The notes beneath the pieces are model-generated. The model searched no databases and was not told where the DNA came from. It worked only from the letters and a program-made list of their open reading frames with translations. A stretch of 64,000 nucleotides of DNA. Source: Eledone cirrhosa. Taxonomy: Eukaryota. Position 1 is the first letter of the stretch. Every line of letters begins with the position of its first letter. The position numbers and the translations under genes are program-made. Positions 31,702 to 44,540 of the stretch are shown here, piece after piece. The stretch covers positions 18,972,001-19,036,000 of the forward strand of contig OZ024746.1 in NCBI GenBank assembly GCA_964016885.1, read 5' to 3'.

Positions 31702-32100
31702 TGGTTAGAGCATTGGGCTTGCAATCGAAAGGTTGTGAGTTCAATTCTCGGACTGGGTAATGTCTTGTTTCCTTGAGCAAGACGCATTATTTCACATTGC
31801 TCCAGTTTACTCAGCTGTAGAAATGAGGATAGGACTGGAGTCCCTATCATTCCACTGTAAAGTGGTCGTGGAAGTGCCACGGCAAAAAAGCACCCAGCCC
31901 ACACTGTAAAGTGGATGTGTAGGCGCCACGGAAGAAAAGCACCCAGCACTCACTGTAAATGAGGTTGGTGTTAGGAAGGGCATCCAGCTGTAGAAATCAA
32001 GTCAGAATTCAGTTCCCGTATGAGCAAGACAAAGTCAGCCAACTGGACACTGCCCACAACAGCGTGGAAGAATGAACGTAAAATGGTGGTGATGATGATG
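31700..32100 (+). mobile_element. SINE family A with internal duplication and long tail
   Basis: gccacgg..aaaagcacccagc..cactgtaaa is duplicated. Confidence 0.9.
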
Positions 32101-32664
32101 ATATAGTGTGTGTGTGCTGCACTAATTTCATATATACTTCATTATCTTTGTGATTTATTTTGTGTAGTAGCATGGCATGGCTATCAATAATGATTAAAGA
32201 CATATAGAAGAAGAAATTGTTTACCCACTACCTTGTTATTTATTTCTTAGCTAAAAATAAATAATAAAAAATGAATGGAAAGAGAGGTAAAGAGTCCAGA
32301 GAGGAGACAGTGTAGAAAATGACACAGTTTTAAAAAAATCAATATGACATATGCTTGCTTCTCTTCTTGCTTAGCTATAGAAACATTTCACGTTTCATAC
32401 ACTTTATCTATAGCATTCATTCAAGTGCTTTTTAAAGAAATGTATTAATTTAAAATCAATATTAGCTTAATATAGATACATTAGTAAGGTGATACTATGT
32501 AGCTTAGAGCAAATAGCATTCTTTCTCATGAAACATCACTTACCAAGGACTTTTAACTTTTAAGTTCCATTAGCAAGTTAATTTGTGGGCTAGAGACAAG
32601 CAAACAGATAGGTAGGTTTGTCAGTTAAGAGAAGAAAAAAAATGGTTTTGTAACTAACTATTAA

Positions 32665-33000
32665 TAACTAAGAGGTTCTATGCCATTCAAAGACAACTAC
32701 AATTGAAACAATGAATTGGAACAACCATCTCAGATGACTCGGTCATGTATGCCAAATGGAAAATAGTCGCATTCCAGAGCAACTTTTGTTTGGTGAATTA
32801 GCAAGTGACAAGAGAAGCAACGACCATCTTCAGAAGCGCTGGAAGGACTGTATTAAAGAGGATCTGAACTCTTTCGGCTTCAACCTCTCAACATGGCACA
32901 ACCTGACTGCAGATCACAGAGCCTGCAGGAAGCAGACAAAGAATGGCTGCACTCTTTCAGAAGTGCAACTTGCCCAGCGAGCAGAAAGGCAGCGAAGATG
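32665..33000 (+). mobile_element. RTE LINE ORF2 C-terminal fragment
   Basis: LR*LGHVCQMENSRIPEQLLFGELASDKRS..KRWKDCIKEDL, typical of the RTE C-terminus. Confidence 0.85.
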
Positions 33001-35009
33001 ATGCCATTATGGGAGTCATCAATGATGATGGGGACAAGAAAAAAGGCATGCCCCCCCCCCCCCCCCCCATCTTGTCTCAGACTATGACAACCTATCTAAT
33101 CCATGCCAGCATGGAACAAATGTAAGATGGTGGTGGTGTGTGTGAGTGTGAGTGTGTGTGTGTGTGTGCATTATTCTTGTCAATGTTTCATATAAAATTA
33201 GTTTTGCAATCCTATTCTTTTAATATCGATAATATCCAGTTCTTCAGTGAAATCTAAAATCCCCATTTTGTCAGTTCCATTTTCAATGGTTTCTGATTTC
33301 TAGAATTGACTGGTTGGATCCCATCCCAGACACCATGATGAATAGGAACCTCCAGTGGTACACAATATTTTCTATAATTACCTCATGTGGCAAATCTCAT
33401 ATTTCCCCACTTCTAACTTTCCTTCTTTCTTTTGTCCCATAACTCCTGAGGGAGTTATAGGGGTGACATATACAGAGACATATACAGTGACATATACAGT
33501 GTTTCTTGGATATTTTAAGCCTGGCAGAGCCTATCTCCTCTCCTGGAAGAATCCAGAGAAGGATATAGAAAATGAGAGAGAGATCAGAGGAAAAATTGCC
33601 CCCAGTATTAGACTGGTACATTTTTTTTTATTAACTTGAAAGGATGAAAGGCAAAATTGACCTCAGTGGAATTTGAACTCAGAGTGTAATAGCAATGAAA
33701 AAAAATTAAAAATAACATTTCATGATATATTCTAATTTTACATTCAGACAGACAAGATAATGAATTCTAAGGTACAATGTGATGGCATTTGGGAGACGTG
33801 CATAGTGAATTTGGTTGACCTCAGTGCTTATCTGGTATTTATTTTATCATCCCATAAAGACTGTCTCATATGTGCTTTGATGAGTCAACTTAATCCCATA
33901 GAGATATTAAACTTCCTATGAAAGTTGTACCAGTGCAATTGACAAATGATTAACTTTTAATATCCTCTAATGATTTACTAGGAAATATTTTAAATGAGTT
34001 TGTTAATTCAAATGTTTATAGTCTCTTATTAGTGAACAGGTTGTTGTGAAAATTTGCAGTATTAGTAAAGACTCTGTTAATGTGATGCAGTTGTAGTACT
34101 GTTTTATATTTTTCAAGAATGTCTTGCTAATGTGGTTTTGTGTCGTTAAGAGTTGATTTATTTTCTGTACCATACTGGTCATGAATTAAAATATTTCTTT
34201 TTTGTCCTCTGAATATCTGAATTACATACGAAAAAAACAAACAAAAAATTACTTGTTTATATTTTTCTCACACAAAACTAGGTTCAGCAATACTTTTTTT
34301 TCCAATTCAACAACATTTAAAAGTCAAAATAACTCTAAATAGGTGAGATTCCCAAACCAACAACAGTAACATCTTTATTTGAAGAGTTCAAGGCTATTAC
34401 TATTTAAGTAAGCATAACAATGGTATTACAGAGAAATAGGGGTTTTTCCAATAAATTGTATGGTAATCAGAATTACTAAAAACTAATAATTAGCCAAATA
34501 CTAATGCTGTAATTGGAACTAAACAAAAAATATCAGTGAAATTCAAATGAGAAACAGCTTAACTTGCCTGAATAATGATGATGATAATAATGATGGCAAC
34601 AATGACAACAACAACAATAATAATAATAATGGTTTATAAATTTGGCACAAGGCCAATTATGTTTTTTTTTTTAAATAAAGAATACAAATTCTAATATGCA
34701 TTTTACTTTGCAAGTAATTAACTTAAACTTGAAAATGTTTAAAGTTTACTATTACAAATCTGCAACAGACTTTTTAAAAAGGTTTAATTCTTAATAGGCA
34801 GGAGTCTCGTATTTTTTCAGTTTTTCCAGATGTTTAATTTTATATCAGTCTATTCTTTTGTTTGTTTTGTTTTTTCCACACAATAAATGAATAATTTCCA
34901 AACAAGCTTCACAGTACTTAGTAATTTAAAGGGTTACTTCGAGATTAGTATTAAAATTAAATCTCCTCTACATTTTTTTAATCCAAAGAACAAATTGCAG
35001 TAGCAACCA

Positions 35010-35355
35010 TGATTCGCTGGATGCACAATGTCAATGTGAGAGAAAAGCAGAGTTCGGATGAACTGAGGGAGAAACAGGGTTTAAAAGAAATCTAAAGTGA
35101 TGTGCAGGAGAGAAGAGTGCATTGGTAAGGACATGTGATGTGCATGGATGATAATCACTGGGTGAAGAAGTGCCAGGAAATCCCAGTGAAAGGAAGCCAC
35201 AGTAGAAGTAGACCAAGGAACACCTGGGAAGGTGGTGGTGAAAGCTGATCTCAAATCACAGACTCACAGAGGAGATAATAAAGGAATGCAGCAAATGGAG
35301 AGATGCTATGCATAGAAAAACAGACGTAAAAATGATGATGATGATGATGATGATG
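35010..35355 (+). mobile_element. RTE LINE 3' end fragment
   Basis: ggacatgtgatgtgcatggatgat.. motif with (gat)n tail; related copies at 38370-38712 (-), 47390-47620 and 48100-48300. Confidence 0.75.
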
Positions 35356-35999
35356 GAGTAAATTAGAATGAAGGCATGGCTGAGTAAGATGCTCAAAAAG
35401 GAAAACTATGATCAGTAATTGAGATGCACTCAGAAGAACACAAGACTATATGTAAGTGAGATGCAAGGCCCAGGCTTGTCTAGGAAGTCAGTAGCTCTGC
35501 TTGAGTATGTACTCAGTCTGAAGATTCATCTAACCCTTGCTAGCAGGGAAAATGAACATGAAATGGCCTTCCTTAATTTACTGTTATCTTTATATACTAT
35601 TTTGAATAGTTAAAGAGAAAAATAAAACTCCTGTGCAGCTAATACACAAAAATCCTTTAAATGCTTCTGTCCACAATTTATTCTTTTAATCAATGTAGGC
35701 TTTACTACTTCTTATAAAATATACAAATTTTGCTTCAAAAAAGATTAGCAAATATTTTACATTTTGACAGAATAAATATTTATCTGAAAATTTGATTATG
35801 GAATATTTGAGAGACTGTGCTGATTCTATTTTAATTATTCTATTTTAACTGACTCTCATAATAAATTAACTGTTTATCTTGAGACCTCTATATAATAGGA
35901 AGGCTTGGACAAAATGGAGAGAAAACATTTACATAAAATATTTCTAAAAACAAACTCTTGTCTTACAAGATAATTTAGGTATATGTATAAACTTCTATA

Positions 36000-36740
36000 G
36001 AGACAGCAAAGTAGCAGAGTTGTTAGAACATTAGATAGAATGCTTAGTGGTATTTGTTTTGGCCCTCTGCTCTCTGAGTTCAAATCCCACTGAGGTCAAT
36101 TTTGCCTTTCATCCTTTCAAAGTCAATAAAAAAAAAAAGTACCAGTCTAGTACTGGGGTCAATTCTTCCTCTTTATCTCATTCTCAATTCCTTTCTCTCA
36201 TTCTTTCTATCCTTCTCTGGAAGAAATTTGCTTTATTCAGACCTGAAGAGGGGCTTCACCAGGTTTTAAAGTGCTACAGAAATACTGTATATCAATATGG
36301 TATGCCTACAACTCCCTCAGTAGTTACAAGACCTTGTATGCATGCATAAACCTTTTGGGAATTCTACTTTTAATATAGAATATGGAATCATATTAAAGGG
36401 CAACAATTTGCAACTTAAACTCTTTAAAGATGTTTTCCTTTTCACTCTTGGGGGAGTCTTAGGGGTGCCATATTGACACATAGCATTTCTAGGGCTTTTC
36501 TTTTTTAAACCTGGTTCCACCAGGCCTGAATACAGCAGAAGGATAAAGAATAAAAGGAAGGGAGAAAGAGATGTAGAGGAAGAATCGACCCCAGTACTTG
36601 ACTGTTACTTTTTTTTTATTGACCTTGAATGGATGAAAGGCAAAGTTGACTTTGGCATGATTTGAACTAAGAAAGTAGAAAGTCAGAACATATACTACAA
36701 AGCATTCTATCAGACATTCTAACAACTCTGCCAATTTGCC
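36000..36740. mobile_element. Inverted pair of SINE family B copies (+ 36000-36330, - 36445-36740)
   Basis: Both contain ctttgcctttcatcc.ttcaa.gtcaataaaaaaaaaagt in opposite orientations. Confidence 0.8.
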
Positions 36741-36925
36741 GATTAATAACAGTGAAAAGTTAATGCAACTGTGACAGTTCTAATATGACTGCAAACTTGT
36801 CCCTCTTTTTCCCTATCACTATTAATATGTCATTTTAAAACATATTTACATAAAATAGGTTATAGTTTTACACAAAACTTCCTGACATATAATTAGAGGT
36901 AACTAATGAAATACATTTGTGCATG

Positions 36926-36958
<33 letters not shown>

Positions 36959-37935
36959 ATGTATATATATATAAATATATATAAAATACATATTTATTAT
37001 ATACATTATATACATATCTATATGTATTATATGTAAATGTGTATTTGTTTAAAGTTTATGTATTATATATATATATACATGTGTTTATTTGTTTAATGTA
37101 GAGTGTACATTTGGATCAGTATGTACATATCTATGTTTGAGAATAAATGACAATTTTCTTTCGCAATTAAATATATGTGTGCATATGTTTGATATGGACG
37201 AAATCTATGTAGATGCTTTTTTGAGGTGAAAGTGAATGTATGCACATTTTTGTATGTAAATGTATGATGTGTGTGAATGGTGTCAAATTATATTTCTGAT
37301 GGTATGATGTGAATACTGAGCATATGTAATAGGCTTTCACATGAACACATAAGAAAATAAGTGTGGGAAATTGGACATGGTGTTGTATGTGAATACACTG
37401 AAATACTGCTTCTTCAATTGCCAACTCCATGTTTACTTTTTTTCTTCATTTAGATGATGTTTCAAAACCTATAGTATTGGAACAGGTCTGTCATATGTAG
37501 ACAAATGAAAAAATGCAAAGCAATTATAGTGGAGGTATACTGCCAATGCACCACCATTTATATGATATAAATAATCTAACACTATATAAAGATTTACTGA
37601 TAATAATAATTATTATATTAATTACATTTAAATATTTCAACTTAATTAAATTAATAAACACTTCATTTGGTAATTAATATTCATAAATTTAGCAACTAAT
37701 TCAATGGTTACTACTTGTGAAAATTGAATAGGGGGAAATAGGCAACATTATGAAATAAAACAAAATATGAAACAAAATAAAATAATTCCTATAGTCCACA
37801 AGAGAAGAGGATGTTATGCAAGTAAAGAGATATAGAGAATATGAGAATAACAGGAAATAATCTTCACAAATATCATTATCTTCCACCTGTTAATAATAGT
37901 ATAGTTAAGCGATTTAAGATCAGCTCTCACCACCA

Positions 37936-38340
37936 TGGAGGCACATGGCTTAGTGGTTAGAGCATTGGCCTTGCAATCGAAAGGTTGTGAGTTCAATTCT
38001 CAGACCGGGTGATGTGTTGTTTCCTTGAGCAAGACACTTTATTTCACTTTTTTTCACTTTATTTCACTTTATTTCCAGTTTACTCAGCTGTAGAAATGAG
38101 ATGATAGGACTGGGGTCCCTATCGTTCCACTGTAAAGTGGTCGTGGAGATGCCATGGCAAAAAAGCACCCAGCACTCCTGTAAAGTGGACGTGTAGGTGC
38201 CACGGCAAAAAAAAGCACCCAGCACTCACTGTAAATGAGGTTGGTGTTAGGAAGGGCATCCAGCTGTAGAAATCAAGCCAGAATCAGTTCCCGTCCCACC
38301 CTTGCAAGCAGGGAAAAGCAGACATAAAATGAAATGAATG
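37936..38340 (+). mobile_element. SINE family A, full length with internal duplication
   Basis: Family A head, core and tail. Confidence 0.92.
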
Positions 38341-39533
38341 AAAGAGGGATGTGTGTGCATGTCCGTATTTATCATCATCATCAATTTATGTCCGTTTTTC
38401 CACACTTGCATGCATTGGATGGGTCCTTCTCAGCACAGCATCTCTCCATTCGCCGCATTTCTTCGTCATCTCTGTGAGTCTCAGCAATTTAAGATCAGCT
38501 CTCACCACCTCTGTCTAGGTCTTTCTTGGTCTACTCTACCTCTAATGCGACTTCCTTCCATTGGCATTTCCTGGCACTTCTTCACCCATCAGTCATCATC
38601 CATGCACATCACATGTCCATAAAAATGTAGTCTTCTCTCCTGCACACCACCTCAGATTCCTCTTAAACCCAGTTTCTCTCTCAGTTCATCCAAGCTCTGC
38701 TTTTCCCTCACGTGCATGCATGTGTGCATGTCTGTGTCTGTGTGTGTCTGTTTTTCACAAGCTGCTATTATGGGAGCCAACTCACTGGAGACAGAAGAGG
38801 AAGACCACCTCGAACATCCATTGATCAACTCTCAGATGATACAAACTTCAGTAGGGAGTAGTTGCCAGGAGCAATGGAGAATCAGGAATTGTGGAGAGAC
38901 TTTGTGAAGAATGTTCAACTGTGGTTGCAATGATGATGATATCATGGGTGACATGAAATGATTTTGAGACAGCAATCTATAGCCATAAGCCCTTCATGAC
39001 AACAATCATTGATAAATGCCACAAGTGAGAAATTGAAGTCACCATAAAAGTGATGGAGAGGAATGTGGGGAATCTAAGATTTAAGGATGCCTTAATTATA
39101 AACACACAGAAACCACTAATAAACAATAGAATGTAGCTACATGAAGCAAAGTGGCTTTTATGACAGCTCCACATGTACAATCCACACACACAACATAGGA
39201 AAGGTCTGATAGAGGAGGCCGCACCGTTTTTTTTTTTTTGTAATTTGAAAAAAAACACATTCACCTTGAAATATAATGAAATACTGCGTAAAAAAACATT
39301 TTGTTTTACTTTATTTGTCATCCTTAACCCCAATACCACCTTTAAATACATATTTCTATCCACATTATACCAGCTTTCTGAAGTTCTTATCACTTATTAC
39401 ATATCTTACAATACTTTGTTAACTATACTGCATTACAAATGTTTTTCACATAATTTCCTGAAATAATCAATTTCTTTCCCCCACCAACAACTTATATTTC
39501 ATAAATCTTCCAATAAATATTTTGGGTGCCTAC

Positions 39534-39605
39534 CTGACTTTAGATGTTCCAATGTTCTGAATGGAACCACAGTAGTCCTGACTTTTATCAACATGTTGCA
39601 GTAGA
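39534..39605 (-). CDS. Candidate 72-nt phase 2/2 exon upstream of the WW exon
   Basis: ttttattttatatag|T CTA ... GTC AG|gtaggc; open frame LLQHVDKSQDYCGSIQNIGTSKV(R) joins in frame to 13295; no homology recognised. Confidence 0.5.
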
Positions 39606-39697
39606 CTATATAAAATAAAATAAAAAGAACGAATATTGTTATAAAAACAGAAAATATTTTCTGTACAATTTCTTAAAATCCTTTTTACTTAAGGTAA

Positions 39698-39900
39698 CCC
39701 TTTAGCATTTACATTACTCTATATATACTATTGTATTTCCACGGTAAAGGCTTTATCTCAAATAATGTTGTATGTATGAAATATTTATATTCATTTTGAG
39801 AACAATACCTTAACATCAATGTGTGAGCATTTACGGCTAGTTTGAATAGAAATAGGTGAGATAATTCTGGCCAGATACAGCCAGTTTAAATGCTAAAGGG
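39698..39900. mobile_element. piggyBac-type MITE
   Basis: TIR ccctttagcattta / taaatgctaaaggg with (g)taa / ttaa flanks; partial copy at ~6140-6329. Confidence 0.8.
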
Positions 39901-41891
39901 TTAAAGAAAAAAAAAATCATATTGAAAGTGAACAAAGGAAAATTATTTCATAATTTTAAAACTGATTTTTAAATAACGGTTTTTGAAAACTAATTTTCAC
40001 ATGTCCTATATTTCCTTTCTTACTGGAGATCACTTATCGCATTGTTCTAAAATATTCTGTATTAATTACTAATTCAATTATTATAAAATAAAATGTTTCC
40101 AAGTACAAAGAAAATAGTAAATTTATTAATTTATTAGTTCCAAGGCAGGGTAAAAAGTTCAATTTATCCAAGCTGCAACTAATTAAGTAGAAATCAAAAA
40201 GAAAATAATTATGAAAGATATAGTAAATATGCTAATAGACATTTAAATTGACCCTTATATAAAATTTGGTTGAAATACTTTCTTAAAAGCTGCAACATGT
40301 AAAATAGTGGGAAAGTTAAAGTTTTATTATTCCCAATGTTAAACAAAACAAGAAATAATACTGAGCTATTCTGCTAGAGAATGGGTCGCAGGTGGTGGAT
40401 AATGATACAACCACCAGATAGGATGGTTAGTTGTGATATAAACAGGCAACTGCTGGACGAATAAGGAACCCTGGACCAACAGATGTAAACTACAAGGGGA
40501 GATGGAGCAATGGGTGTCACCTTTAGATCCCAAGAATCTCTCACACCACAGTGATGTAGTTATGTGAAGGTGAGTAAATGCTGCCTCTAAAAAAGCCTAG
40601 TCTTTGCAAGTCTGGGAAAGTAATACTTGTTAACATCTCTTATTTCAAACAGACTGACTGTTTACTAAAATAAATACTATTCAAATCAAAATATGTCTAA
40701 ATTACAAAAGTGAAAAATGGTGCCATGAAATACGTTTTTACAAACATATCTTGCCTATTTTTTAAAAAACTCATACTTGCATACTTTTTTAACATGTTCA
40801 TAACACTTTAAATCTCATTAAAACATTTGTTTGATATTTGAAATGTGTGCATCCCAATGTAAGTGACTTTAATAATAGTTAAATACTATAAACCATAGTT
40901 GAGAAAATTGGGTAAAGTATCCTTTGAGAGAGAAGAAGGTGGACAGAGATGCTTGTGAGGAATCAAATTCCTCATCTCTCAGATGCTGTGTGAATGTGTT
41001 AACCACAACACTACAGAGCCTCTGGACAAGGCCAAGAAATCATATCGGTGATACGTGGTAAAAAAACTCAGAACAGCTGACCAGTAGCTCTTCAGAGAAG
41101 GAAACCTCCACTCAAGCAAATGTTTCAGCCCCTATCAGATGTCAGGACCTTTTATTTTTCATTAAGAATGGAATTGCGTAAGAAAACTCAACAGATGAAG
41201 ATATTTTACTTTTTTAATAAATTGTATGAAAATTTGAAAAAAAAAAAAAAAAAAAAACTTTCGAAAGTACACACGATTTATGTCACTAGGTTAGAGATAA
41301 TGCTCTCTAAGTAATATCAATAAACTTCTTCCTTTGTTAAAACATTTAATTGATCCCAACACTAACTTTGTACTACATGACCTTTCCTCAAAATTATCAT
41401 TCCAATAACCCAGATATAAATACCCCACACACACACAGATATATATATATTTCCAGGTTAAAAAGTGTTTCATCTGTTGTCCTATTCAGTTTATTCAGCA
41501 TAGTACCCATGTCTTCATTCTAGTTTCCAATACATTTTAGCCTTAAATTCAATCATTTTATTCAGTTATATAAATAACATTACAAATTGTTCACAATTCT
41601 TTCAAAATGAAAATATAAATTCAAATATAAACATATATAATATACAATTAACTATAAACCTTACAAATACAATGCACCCCAATATACGATCAAAGCGAGA
41701 GAAAGATAAAAAGGAAGAGCCAAAAATTTCTGTTAACCCTTGTGATGTGCTCCCGATTGTCGCACTTGGTGAATTGATAGTCAATTTTGCTTTCTCTCTC
41801 ACTTTCATGGTATATTTAACCTTAATAAAATGAATATTTAAACTCTACTTCGGTATTGAGTACTCTTTTCTCTCAGTCATCAACCCCATAC

Positions 41892-41943
<52 letters not shown>

Positions 41944-42002
41944 GAGTCCAGAAATAGCCATCGGAACAGCTTGAGCTTTGCCGTCGGGGTCTTGAACACT
42001 TT

Positions 42003-42045
<43 letters not shown>

Positions 42046-42379
42046 TTACAACAATTTCATAACATGAAAGCAAAAGAAATCCAAGAGATAAAACTGTCAA
42101 TAGTTTTTATAATAATTATTTAAAGCAGCTCTTCTTTCTTCCTCTTAATATATATACTTGAGCATGTGTATATCTGTGTATGTACCCGTAACTCTTGGTG
42201 GAGTTGTAAGGGCATTTTTTAAAACCTGGCGGAGTCCATCACCTCTTCAGTTCTGAACACCACCAATTTCTTCCAGAGAAGGAGTGCAATAGATATAAAG
42301 ATATAAAAAGATACAGAGGAAGAATTGGCCTCAGTACTGACCTGGTACTATTTTTATTGGCGTGGTGAATATATATATC

Positions 42380-42412
<33 letters not shown>

Positions 42413-42479
42413 CATGCATCATATATATGTATATCTATAATGCATGCATGCATCATACATATATACATATATATATATT

Positions 42480-43004
42480 CAGGTTTGTGGTTCACCACTG
42501 TATAGAGCTGGTCTATTCCGTATGGTCAATCGTAATGTAATAATATAGAGAGTACTCAACGTAAGGCAGTTCAACCGTCTTTGTTTTTGTAGTTGGTGGT
42601 GCTATTACGGAGTTAAATATTATAATGAAATGACAGGAGGCTGGATTTGGGTAAATCCTTGAAAGGTTTATTATACTATGATCATTTCAATGACCGGGTT
42701 CCGTATGAATCCGGTGATATCATCAGGTATTCGAAATATAATACGTGAATGTAATAGATAAAATCCATGGGGTTGAAAATCGAGGACCCGAGGGCGACCA
42801 GCTAAGATAGAGGGTGCAAGATAGCGGTCGCCCTCGGGTCCTCGATTTTCAGCCCCAGGGATTTTATCTATTACATTCACGTATTATATTTCGAATACCT
42901 GATGATATCACCGGATTCATACGAAACCCGGTCATTGAAATGATCATAGTATAATAAACCTTTCAAGGATTTACACAAATCCAGGCTCCTGTCATTTCAT
43001 TATA
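42480..43004. mobile_element. Fold-back element (~180-bp arms plus ~140-bp one-sided tail) between (TA)n tracts; Penelope-pLTR-like
   Basis: 42621-42799 is the near-perfect reverse complement of 42826-43004; tail contains gagagtactcaa; CTGATGA..GAAAC..GTC motif in the right arm. Confidence 0.75.
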
Positions 43005-43089
43005 TATATATATATATATATAATGCATGCATCTATCATCTTAATTTGTTTTCAATGCACTGTGTTAAAAATGCCACTTTTCTTCTACT

Positions 43090-43950
43090 CTTAAAATTCT
43101 CCTCCCTAAATTTCTATCTCTGCATAAACACATTGTGTTTAAATGCCAAGTCCTTTCCTGGAGAAGAATGTACCTCCCAACACAGAATAGTAGTCAGTCA
43201 CCTTAGAATGAAGGCTTGACAGGATACAAAACAATAGCCAGTCTTGAGAAGGAAGGCACGGAAGCTGAAAGAACTCTCTGTAGGTAACAGATTTAGAGAA
43301 AACCTACTTGATGCCTTTGACAGCAAGGAAGATAAGATGGAGATATAAACAGTGAAAAATTGAGAATTTCTGCAGGACCATATGCTAAAAGCCACAAACC
43401 AGGTCTGTAGCTGGAACAAGATCCTAACAAGATGAAGGATAACATGGTGATGGAATGATAGAGAAGATAGAAGTATAAAAACAAAAAGACAAGCCTGAAG
43501 AGACAGTAGGATAGGGGAAGACATGGAGCAATACCAGATAGCTAGGAGACAGGCCAGGTGCCAAATATACCTGGCAAGGGTAGTGGTAGGAAAGAAGTTT
43601 ACACATGTCTTGGATCATGAAGAAATGAGGCATGAAGTATCCTGGATTCCAAGAAAGTGTGCTAGAGAAAATCGTGATGTGGTTGGGGAAAGTGTAACCA
43701 AAATGATAGTGGAGCACTTGCCCTGTTTGATGCCAAAAAGAAAAAGTAAAGAGGCATGGAAGACTTACTATGAGAGACTGTTGGATGAGGAGAATAAATG
43801 GGATAGTGAGGGCCTACTACATGTAGACAAAAACTGAGGGATCAGCTATAAAAGTTGACAGCAGTAAGATAATTAAAGAAATTAAGGTAGGGAAGACAAC
43901 TGGACTATCTGGTATAGTTGCTGAGATTCTAAAAGCAACTGGCTAGTCAG
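43090..43950 (+). mobile_element. LINE (RTE-like) ORF2 remnant, endonuclease end and linker
   Basis: ECTSQHRIVV.. / RITW*WND.. / WKTYYERLLDEENKWD with stops and frameshifts. Confidence 0.8.
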
Positions 43951-44059
43951 GCACATAATCCATCAAGTAATAGTCAGCTGGTATTTGAAAGATATGGAGG
44001 TCGATACTTCATAGCAACTGCTGATCACTTTTTTCCAGCTATTTACAGCAACTGCATTT

Positions 44060-44540
44060 ACAGTTATTCTGCATCGGAGTTTCCCTATGTTTTTTATGAA
44101 CCAATAATCTCTTTGATAGATATTGCAACAAGTTTAGCATCATCAGCTAAGAAATGGTCATATATCATTGCCATTCCAACAAGTTTTTTGCTTTAAAGCA
44201 CTGGTGATTGTAAAGAGCTGCCATTGGTATATATTGGACATCAGAATCAAGGTCACTATAAGCAGCACGCCTGTAAAGAAGATTGCAGAAAAGAACTGGG
44301 ACCATGACACAACCTTGTTTTGTATCATTCAGAATGTAAAAAGAGTCTGAAAGTTGATCATCTGTTAAAACAGATGCTTATACTCTTTCTTGAAAGGAAA
44401 TTAAGGCATTTATAATTTTATGAGGTATACAAATTATAAGAACTGTCCAAATTATAAGACCGTTGAAAGGTTTGGTTAGAGCTATCAAACCATATACAGT
44501 CCATAATTTTTCTAACAAACACTTTTTCAACAATATGATG
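44060..44540 (-). mobile_element. LINE reverse transcriptase core fragment
   Basis: Minus strand KQGCVMVPVLF and FLADDAKLV (QG and YADD motifs). Confidence 0.8.

Noticed and set aside
37936-38010. tRNA gene
   Set aside because: tRNA-like A/B boxes are SINE heads continuing into core and tail; no proper acceptor stem or terminator
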